NCBI RefSeq assembly: GCF_000148385.1
Contig: NC_014537.1
Location: 1,020,001-1,052,000 of the forward strand
DNA length: 32,000 bases
Direction of reading: 5' to 3'
Source: Vulcanisaeta distributa DSM 14429
Lineage (GTDB): Archaea > Thermoproteota > Thermoprotei > Thermoproteales > Thermocladiaceae
The translations under genes and the position numbers were made by a program. Under the pieces are notes generated by a model. It searched no databases, was not told the DNA's origin, and saw only the letters and a list, made by a program, of their open reading frames with translations. This document shows, piece after piece, positions 7,941 through 14,824 of this stretch (position 1 is the stretch's first letter; every line of letters begins with the position of its first letter).

Positions 7941-8831
7941 CTAGCCTTGATAATTAATATAAACAATGCCCCAATTAGCCTGCCCAGCATCATTAGTACC
8001 AGCCACGCCAAATACGTAGTTGCCGCTACCCGGTGGTGTGAAGTAGCCATTTAGACTAAGTGTGAAGCTTGCTGACTGCCCCGTGTTTAAGTCGTATGCA
8101 GTGCCCATTAACGTGTTCGTACTGGGGTTGTAGCTTACCGTAATACATATGTAGTCGCCAGGTCCAGGCTGGAAATAGCCGGTACCAATACCATCCCAAC
8201 CAGAGTAGGGGTTACCTAGATTCGGTGACGGACTTGGGCTGATAGTTACACGAGTTCCTCTACTATTTAAGGCGATCCAGACATTCCACTGCCCACTGGC
8301 GCCGCTGGTTGTGTATGCATATTGCCAGAGCGGGTTCCATTCAATGACGAGGTAGGGTGATGAGCTTTGCGGGAACATTACATCACCCTGCACGGGTGAT
8401 ATCGTGAATGTATAGACATTAGATGAGACGTAGGTTATTGAGTAATTATAACCACTGCCAATGCCCCATCTAGTGGGTCTTAGGAATAGGTAGACTATGT
8501 AGCCATCACCAACGTAAGGATATGCCTGCGATGCCATGGGCGTCCCGTTATTGGAGTATACCCCAATCACGGTTATGGTGATGGTACCGCCGCCATAACT
8601 TTCCTGCCAGAATATGGCGCCTGAAGACCACCCGTAGTTCGAGCTAACCATCTTAAGGATAGGCTGGTTAATGCCTGTCGATATGTAGTACCAGTAGTTG
8701 CTGGGTGAGTTTGAGGAGTCGTAGTAGACGGGCCAGGAATTGGTGGGGTAATACCCCGTGAATGGGTTGCCATAGTCGCCCTGGTATACATGGGGCACGT
8801 ACCAAGTCTGGTAGCCGTCGAGTAGGTTCAT
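7941..8831 (-). CDS. Tyr/Trp/Gly/Asn-rich beta-type protein without its own signal peptide (loosely lectin/ConA-like); last ORF of the surface operon
   Basis: 296-aa ORF. The motif order GDGYIVYLF...LVIEWNP...ICITVSYNPSTNTLMGTAYDL...YVFGVAGTN loosely recalls L-type lectin jelly rolls. The ATG overlaps the upstream stop (TAATG), and no SD precedes it. Confidence 0.6.
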   Translation of the reverse strand: MNLLDGYQTWYVPHVYQGDYGNPFTGYYPTNSWPVYYDSSNSPSNYWYYISTGINQPILKMVSSNYGWSSGAIFWQESYGGGTITITVIGVYSNNGTPMASQAYPYVGDGYIVYLFLRPTRWGIGSGYNYSITYVSSNVYTFTISPVQGDVMFPQSSSPYLVIEWNPLWQYAYTTSGASGQWNVWIALNSRGTRVTISPSPSPNLGNPYSGWDGIGTGYFQPGPGDYICITVSYNPSTNTLMGTAYDLNTGQSASFTLSLNGYFTPPGSGNYVFGVAGTNDAGQANWGIVYINYQG

Positions 8832-9400
8832 TACGTCAGCGCTAGGTGCTTGTATCGTCTCAGTAAATGAGTATATATATATACCACACCCTGCGTTGGC
8901 GTGTAGTTATAAATGCCGCTCAGCGTTATTGGGCTTGTTAATGGGGTGCTTATTGTCAGGTTTTCATAGAGTGTGTAGGTGCCCGTGCTGAGACTTATCG
9001 AGCCAGGGCTTGGGTATATGGGTGTCCCATTAATACTCACACTACTTACGTAATTGTTGTGTCTTATGGCTACCGTTAAAACACCAGCCGCGTATGCCCT
9101 TAAACCAACCAGTGGTGTTGGCACATGAATCACATAACCGCTTGACGTGCTGAGGGTTATCGCGGTTACCGTAGCCGAGAAGCCAGTGTTTGTGTATTGC
9201 CACGAGCTTAAGACACCGCAGCATGGGCATGAGTATGAACCAGTCATTACCGACACCACACTTTTAGCAATCGAATTAGCATTTGCGTAATAAACTATAA
9301 TGACATCGGCAAGTGCAATTGCCGAAGTAACCAATGCCAGCGATAATGCAATAATGAGTAATAGGTTATTCTTCGGCATACTCAACAACCTCAGTACCAC
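8831..9400 (-). CDS. N-terminally anchored Ser/Thr/Tyr-rich surface protein (unknown family)
   Basis: GTG start preceded by GGGAGG (alternative ATG at 9379). TM helix LLLIIALSLALVTSAIALADVIIVY, then a beta-rich body with NGT, NLT and NYT sequons. The last 13 residues are atypically basic. Confidence 0.6.
   Translation of the reverse strand: MVLRLLSMPKNNLLLIIALSLALVTSAIALADVIIVYYANANSIAKSVVSVMTGSYSCPCCGVLSSWQYTNTGFSATVTAITLSTSSGYVIHVPTPLVGLRAYAAGVLTVAIRHNNYVSSVSINGTPIYPSPGSISLSTGTYTLYENLTISTPLTSPITLSGIYNYTPTQGVVYIYTHLLRRYKHLALT
8872..8883. repeat. (TA)6 dinucleotide tract inside coding sequence
   Basis: The plus strand reads g-tatatatatata-c. It lies 41 nt upstream of the ATG at 8831, in the segment where both the upstream and downstream reading frames are open. 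Confidence 0.95.
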
Positions 9401-10136
9401 CCTTCAATGCCTCCCTAATAGACTCATAAATTGCATAGGCCACGGTATCCTCAACGTTGGATCCAGGACTCCCACCGGCTATGACATCGCCCTCAGTCCT
9501 CCGTGATAACAGGATTTTATTGCCCTCGGTCTTAATGAGCAGGTTGCCGACAGCAATGCCATCTGGGGTCTTCGTGTATGGTATACCGAGCCTGTCAAGG
9601 GCTTGTTCTATTGCTGTTGGTGCGCCGTGTTCCTTAACGGCCTCGGCAAGCGACCACCTCCTAAGTCCCAACCACCTTGCCCTGGTTAGCATGTTGAGTA
9701 TGGCTATCGCTGTGGCTACGATTAATACGTAAGTCGGTAAGCCAATGAATGAGTTATGCGGTAATTCAATGTATACGTAACCACTCGGTGTGGGCACTAT
9801 GATAAAGCCCCTCACCTGTAGGTACCTCTGCTGGAAGAGTATGGTGTCTATGAGCATCACCAGTGAGAGCACGGCCAATAAGGCTGACAGGTAAAGCGCG
9901 TAGGCGCTCCTCCTCCAGATAATGAGTATTAGGGCCGAGTCCAGCGCGAAGAAGGACACTAGGTAAACCGTGGGTGGCGGTACCACGTAGGTCACGCCAA
10001 AGAACGTAACTACAAAACCCCAGGGCATCAACCTCAGATAGTAATTACGGCCTGAGACGCCCCAGGCGGGTATGAATAGCCAGGAGACCACGAAGGCAAT
10101 GATCAAGCTAAGAAGTACCAGGACCTCGAGTCTCAT
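9366..10136 (-). CDS. polytopic membrane protein (about 6 TM) with about 100-aa charged C-terminal domain, unknown family
   Basis: Its start overlaps the upstream stop as ATGA, and AGGTGG SD lies 7-8 nt upstream. No peptidase, sortase or transporter motif recognised. Confidence 0.6.
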   Translation of the reverse strand: MRLEVLVLLSLIIAFVVSWLFIPAWGVSGRNYYLRLMPWGFVVTFFGVTYVVPPPTVYLVSFFALDSALILIIWRRSAYALYLSALLAVLSLVMLIDTILFQQRYLQVRGFIIVPTPSGYVYIELPHNSFIGLPTYVLIVATAIAILNMLTRARWLGLRRWSLAEAVKEHGAPTAIEQALDRLGIPYTKTPDGIAVGNLLIKTEGNKILLSRRTEGDVIAGGSPGSNVEDTVAYAIYESIREALKGGTEVVEYAEE

Positions 10137-10933
10137 GACCCACCACCTAACGCAATTACACTACCCAATTGCATATATTGTGTAACATTCCCGTTCGAGA
10201 ATACGTAAGTTACGGTAACGGGCATGTAAAGCACGTAGATAAATCCCTGCTTAAGGTTACAGAAATATACCTGGTTTGCGTACTTCCTAATCGGTATCGT
10301 AATGTTGATGGTGCCGATACCCTGAGGTATGTAAATAGTAATGTTTGGGTTTACGGCGTCAAATACTAGGTAGCCAGGTATGGTATTTTTCGTAAACATG
10401 GAAATTGCCTGAGGCCTAATCATGCCTGGGGTCAATGTTGAATAATTAATACCTATTGTTAAGTTACAATTCTCATAATAGGCATAGGTAATAGTTATAT
10501 TATTAATAACGCGAATTGGCACAACGTCAAAGAACGCAATGTAGGCAGGATCACCATTGAGGTATCCCCTGATCAAACCCCTAACACCCGTATTTGATAA
10601 GGATAGGTACTGTGGGGTTAATGGAAATTGAATAATCATTGTTTCATTATTGGCTATCGTTAAATTACCCACCTGTCCAGTACCGAGCAGTTCCACCCAA
10701 CCACTAATTGGTGTGAAATCCCAATTACCAGGATTAATAATTCTAATAATCACCGTTACACCACTTGCCTGCACATTTATCGACTCAACCTTCGCATATG
10801 GGACGTTCTCCAACGTCATGTAACTCACCAGGGTTGGGGCAACTTGAGACGTGTCCCAAATAAGAATTAAGGCAACCAGGATGGAAAATATGGAAAGGAG
10901 AAGAAATATTTTGAAAGGTGATTTAAAAGCCAC
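10133..10933 (-). CDS. N-terminally anchored, heavily sequon-bearing beta-rich surface protein (unknown family)
   Basis: GTG start preceded by a perfect GAGGTGATC SD. TM anchor FKIFLLLSIFSILVALILIW. At least 8 N-x-S/T sequons. Confidence 0.65.
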   Translation of the reverse strand: MAFKSPFKIFLLLSIFSILVALILIWDTSQVAPTLVSYMTLENVPYAKVESINVQASGVTVIIRIINPGNWDFTPISGWVELLGTGQVGNLTIANNETMIIQFPLTPQYLSLSNTGVRGLIRGYLNGDPAYIAFFDVVPIRVINNITITYAYYENCNLTIGINYSTLTPGMIRPQAISMFTKNTIPGYLVFDAVNPNITIYIPQGIGTINITIPIRKYANQVYFCNLKQGFIYVLYMPVTVTYVFSNGNVTQYMQLGSVIALGGGS

Positions 10934-10940
10934 AACATGA

Positions 10941-11465
10941 TCACCTCGGAACCGGTACGGTGGCGTTAGATACTACGTTGTAACCAAGTAGTACACTCAC
11001 GGTCTCGCTTGTCGAGCTCGTTATTGGGGTGTTGGGTATTACGTACATACTAATGCCATAGTTAGTATTGGCACTTAATGAGCATGGAGCATTACTACTT
11101 GGAGTACTGCCTGGTGCCACATAACCATTGTAGTAGTACGCAGTCCAGGTGCCAGTACTTGTTGAGTACGTAAGTACTATAGTACAGACTATGGCGCTTG
11201 TGCTTGTTATGTCAGTATTGTTCAGATATATGTATAGCGAACTTATTGCTGAAGAGCCTGTACTTGATACCGCATTACCACTAAGCATTGAGGGCACGTA
11301 TAAGTATCCGCTTACAAGCGCCTGTAACACGCCAATATTCACGAAATACGCGCCACTTGAGTTTGTGAGCTCTATGTTAACCTGAAAACCCGCATAGTAT
11401 GGGTTACCATTCGACGTCAGTGGTAGGTCATTTCCTGTGAATGTTACGTACGGGGTTATTGCCAT
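10941..11465 (-). CDS. Ser/Thr/Asn/Tyr-rich beta-type protein lacking signal or TM; possibly the body of a frameshifted gene
   Basis: 174-aa ORF starting inside the 67-aa leader ORF in the +1 frame. No SD upstream. Composition matches the neighbouring surface proteins. Confidence 0.55.
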   Translation of the reverse strand: MAITPYVTFTGNDLPLTSNGNPYYAGFQVNIELTNSSGAYFVNIGVLQALVSGYLYVPSMLSGNAVSSTGSSAISSLYIYLNNTDITSTSAIVCTIVLTYSTSTGTWTAYYYNGYVAPGSTPSSNAPCSLSANTNYGISMYVIPNTPITSSTSETVSVLLGYNVVSNATVPVPR

Positions 11466-11631
11466 TTGGGCCTGTCAGGAATTTCAGCGGTGCAGTCTGT
11501 GAAACACTTATTTGGCCTTGATAAACAAATATCACATCAACCAGCGCTATGGTGGCGATCGCAACGAGCGCTATCGCAGCCAGCATTAACATCCTCCTTT
11601 TCTCGCTCCTTCTCGCAGCCGTGTTGTTCAT
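11428..11631 (-). CDS. 67-aa charged-N-terminus plus single-TM ORF; possibly the detached signal anchor of the next ORF
   Basis: RRSEKRR followed by MLMLAAIALVAIATIALVDVIFVY. First ORF behind the AT-rich promoter region, with TATA-like CTTTTAAG about 30 nt upstream. Its leader motif is shared with the 189-aa ORF. Confidence 0.45.
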   Translation of the reverse strand: MNNTAARRSEKRRMLMLAAIALVAIATIALVDVIFVYQGQISVSQTAPLKFLTGPNGNNPVRNIHRK

Positions 11632-11894
11632 ACCACCACCGTGCTTTAGTGTCGGCTTAAAAGTCTTTCTTTCATTTTCAGATTGATATTGATGTAATTT
11701 AATTGAATTATGTAAAAAGAAAGAGGGCTTCTAGTGGCTATTTATTATATATTTTTAGTCTAGGTTAAATTTAACTTTTTATATTTAAGATGTTAAACTA
11801 CGTATTTTATATTTTCAATTAGTCATCTAGGATACCTTCCTCTTTATAATATTTTTGACGTAATTCTTTTATTAAAAAACGAATTTAATTGCTA

Positions 11895-12221
11895 ATGAGT
11901 AAAGGGCTACCCATTAATAATCTTCCTTACAGGACCAGGGCTTACATTAATAACCAAGTCCTCATCCCAGCTAACTTAGTTAGGGCCCTTGGCATTGAGA
12001 GGGCCAGGTATGCTGACATAGTGATTTCATTCAATGGATTAGTTATTGAGTTGAGGAATGTATTGTTGCTTAGGACTAAGCATACGTCCAGTAGGCAGTT
12101 CACGATTCCTAGGGAGATCAGGGAGCTATACGGGATTAGACCCATGGATCAAATCGAGGTAATCCAAATAAGGCCGAGGTATGTAAAGGAATTTGAGACT
12201 GAACTTACTAGGCCGGTATAG
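11895..12221 (+). CDS. tandem-AbrB/SpoVT-domain DNA-binding protein (putative transcription regulator)
   Basis: Two swapped-hairpin half domains occur in one chain: QVLIPANLVRALGIERARYADIVISF and QFTIPREIRELYGIRPMDQIEVIQI. The maximal ORF starts at TTG 11889, but ATG 11895 is more likely. Confidence 0.6.
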   Translation: MSKGLPINNLPYRTRAYINNQVLIPANLVRALGIERARYADIVISFNGLVIELRNVLLLRTKHTSSRQFTIPREIRELYGIRPMDQIEVIQIRPRYVKEFETELTRPV

Positions 12222-12444
12222 ATTCACGTGACGTATGAAGGTAAATTGAAAATAAAATCTTTAAATACTGTTTTATTCTTACACGCATATACTTTCTCCA
12301 TGCGTAGGCATGAAATTAATTGTTTTATCTAGATCTTTCTTTGGTAATATGATTATATAGATTTACCCTATATCCATGATTTATATAAGATCTCGTGAAA
12401 ACCACGGTAATCAGTATAATTTAGGTAATGAATGGTGTGCCTGC

Positions 12445-13275
12445 CTATTCTATTGAGGATATTGTGGAGTCAATGAGTATGTACATGACGTAGCCCATAA
12501 CCGGTGAATATATGAGTGTGGTTATTATTAAGGCCAGTGTTGGGCTCAGGACTATTGGCCCTAGGTATATGGGTCCTAGTGGTGATAGGGTGATCACAAT
12601 GAGCACGAGGAGTATCGGTAGGAGTAATGCAACGACTAAGTAGATTTCCATGAACAGACCAAGTACTTGGGTCGCACTCCTCAGTCTATTGTACTTGTTC
12701 CTAACTAGGTACTCAAGCTTGAGCATTAGTACGTCGGCCAGGTTTGCACTGATTAGGTATGTCTCGGCTATAAGGCCGAAGATTTCGCCATAGGTCCTTG
12801 ACGGGACCCTGCTGATGCTAGCCCTTAGCGCCGTCAGTATGTCCATACCGCCTTCCCTGGCATCCCTAAGTATTAGCCTAAACTCCCTGGCTATGTATGG
12901 GTCCCTCTCGATGGTGGCTAGGGTACTAATCAACTCCTCAAGGGTAACCCCACTGGCTATCAGTGGTATCATGATCATGAGCGTATTTATTAAGTACCTC
13001 TCGAAGTGGCTTGACCTTATATAGACCTTAGCATTAATGTAAACTAGCACCGATAAGTAATCAATGAGTAGCACAATAACCATAAGGAGCATCACACTCC
13101 TTACTGCACTCATTGGCGTGAGTGCGTAAGCCACCACCAATGCAGCAGCGATTATTGGTGTGTACATGATCACCGCGGCCGCGAAGTCCCTATCGAAGTC
13201 GTAACCGCTGAGTGAGTAAAGTCTATTTACGTAATTATTCACCCAACGCCTATAGGCCGTCAATGGGTTTATCAA
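12445..13275 (-). CDS. half-size type IV filament platform protein (single T2SSF domain, TadC-like)
   Basis: TTG start overlapping the ATPase stop (TTGA), with AGGTGGTG SD. One cytoplasmic helical domain (FERYLINTLMIMIPLIASGVTLEELISTLA...GGMDILTALRAS...) is bracketed by TM helices. Confidence 0.7.
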   Translation of the reverse strand: MINPLTAYRRWVNNYVNRLYSLSGYDFDRDFAAAVIMYTPIIAAALVVAYALTPMSAVRSVMLLMVIVLLIDYLSVLVYINAKVYIRSSHFERYLINTLMIMIPLIASGVTLEELISTLATIERDPYIAREFRLILRDAREGGMDILTALRASISRVPSRTYGEIFGLIAETYLISANLADVLMLKLEYLVRNKYNRLRSATQVLGLFMEIYLVVALLLPILLVLIVITLSPLGPIYLGPIVLSPTLALIITTLIYSPVMGYVMYILIDSTISSIE

Positions 13276-14732
13276 GGCAATTCACCACCTATCACGGCCC
13301 TATAGGTCCTCTCTGGATCAACGTAGTAATTCCTAGTGACCCTAAACACGGCATCGGGCGACCTAAACCCGTACTTGGCCATGGCGGTCATGATCTCAGC
13401 CCTCCTCCTAAGCTCCCTATCAACCTCCTCCTGAGACACCCTGCCCATCCTTACGAGATCTGCAATTAAGGCGCTATCGCTCAACCTGACAAGCTCATCC
13501 CTATCCTTACTCCACCTAAACAGGTTATTAACCCTTAAGCCACTCCTCGTCACATCCAATAACTCGCTAATGTCCGTGACACGCCTAGCAATCCTACCAC
13601 CAATCCTCACCCTATTAATTAGTATGAACACGTTAGCCAGGGGTATTAAGGCTGGAGGAACACTCATGGGCTTGGACAACAGCCTCCTCACGGCCGCGTT
13701 TAGTGAGCTGGCATGTATCGTGGCAAGGCCTGTGTGCCCACTGGCCAACCCCTGAAAGAAGACATAAGCCTCCTCACCCCTTAACTCACCAACAACCAAG
13801 TAATCAGGCCTAATCCTCATGGATACCTTAACTAAATCATAAGCCGTAATATTCTGCACATTGGGTGTTTCGGCCTCCCTAACAACCAATGGAATCCACT
13901 GCTCATGGGGTATGTTTATCTCCCTGGTATCCTCAATAGTCACGATTCTAGCTTCAGGCCTGATTAAAAATAGCAGTGCGTTTAGTAATGTGGTTTTCCC
14001 CGCGCCGGTTGGCCCAATGATTATCATGCTAATGCCATTCTCGAGCATAAACCATAAGGTCGCTAATGCCTCAGCCTTAATAACACCGTCGGTTATTAAG
14101 TCAATGATGGTTATGGGATTAGCCTTAAACTTCCTAATGGTTATTACGGGGCCATGGGGCGAGACATCCCTAAGCCCAAGCTCAACCCTAAGACCCTCAG
14201 GCAGTAAGCCCTCAAGTATTGGGTATGCAGAACTAACGTTCTTACCAACCCTCTGACTAATCTTCACAACGAGACTACTCAACTCATCACTACTCAGGGT
14301 GATATTAGTCCTCAAGTGCTCATACCTACTATGCCACACATAGACAGGCTTGTTGGGCCCATTAATGTTTATATCCTCGATGTAATCATCCTTAATCAGT
14401 GGGTCAACCTTGCCATAACCTACGGTATCCCGCATCAGGTAATACATGACACTCCTCAACTCATCATCATTCAACTTAATCCTCAACCTACCCATTACCT
14501 CATTAACGAGCGATTTAAAGTAATGATCAAGATCATCATTATTAGGCAACGCACTACCCACCCTAAGTAATTCCCTGGCCCTCGCGAGCACCTTGGCAGC
14601 GTTATTGCTGAGTACAGGCTCAACGATGTTGTATAGGTAGAGGCCTGTGTTCTTATCCCTAATAATGAGTACGCCAATCAATCCCTTAACTATTTCGTAC
14701 TCATCGATCAACTCCACACCCTTAATATCCAC
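13272..14732 (-). CDS. type II/IV secretion-family ATPase (FlaI/TadA/VirB11-like) of a type IV filament system
   Basis: Walker A GPTGAGKTTLLNALL, IVTIEDTREI, VVGELRGEEA and the His box GHTGLATIHASS, plus an N-terminal domain of about 200 aa. Confidence 0.85.
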   Translation of the reverse strand: MDIKGVELIDEYEIVKGLIGVLIIRDKNTGLYLYNIVEPVLSNNAAKVLARARELLRVGSALPNNDDLDHYFKSLVNEVMGRLRIKLNDDELRSVMYYLMRDTVGYGKVDPLIKDDYIEDININGPNKPVYVWHSRYEHLRTNITLSSDELSSLVVKISQRVGKNVSSAYPILEGLLPEGLRVELGLRDVSPHGPVITIRKFKANPITIIDLITDGVIKAEALATLWFMLENGISMIIIGPTGAGKTTLLNALLFLIRPEARIVTIEDTREINIPHEQWIPLVVREAETPNVQNITAYDLVKVSMRIRPDYLVVGELRGEEAYVFFQGLASGHTGLATIHASSLNAAVRRLLSKPMSVPPALIPLANVFILINRVRIGGRIARRVTDISELLDVTRSGLRVNNLFRWSKDRDELVRLSDSALIADLVRMGRVSQEEVDRELRRRAEIMTAMAKYGFRSPDAVFRVTRNYYVDPERTYRAVIGGELP

Positions 14733-14754
14733 GGTGTATAATTTCTATCTTGGG

Positions 14755-14799
14755 TTATAAATTTTTAAATTTTAAAACCTTAGATTTATAATTTTTAAA
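14755..14799. promoter_or_regulatory. bidirectional promoter region with two near-identical TATA-like elements
   Basis: TTATAAATTTTTAAA (14755-14769) lies 23-37 nt from the minus-strand ATG at 14732. TTTATAATTTTTAAA (14785-14799) lies about 26 nt from the plus-strand ATG at 14825. Confidence 0.55.
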
Positions 14800-14824
14800 G
14801 AATGGGTAGCAATAAGGTATTAAT

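Noticed and set aside
8573-8791. 72-aa same-strand, alternative-frame ORF inside the 296-aa lectin-like gene
   Set aside because: Its Pro/Thr/Arg-rich off-frame composition and lack of start context argue against it. The longer frame has coherent beta-type composition.
9366-10136. The polytopic membrane protein of the surface operon as the missing prepilin peptidase, an archaeosortase or a CAAX-type protease
   Set aside because: It has no paired Asp/GxGD-type aspartyl peptidase motifs, no Cys/Arg/His archaeosortase triad pattern and no EExxxR/HxxxN motifs. The neighbouring proteins lack PGF-CTERM-like tails and class III signals.
13861-14256. 131-aa plus-strand ORF inside the secretion ATPase gene
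   Set aside because: It is antisense to a CDS with unambiguous Walker and His-box motifs. Its composition is low-complexity Ser/Leu/Ile with no motif, and it has no promoter or SD context. It is a shadow ORF.
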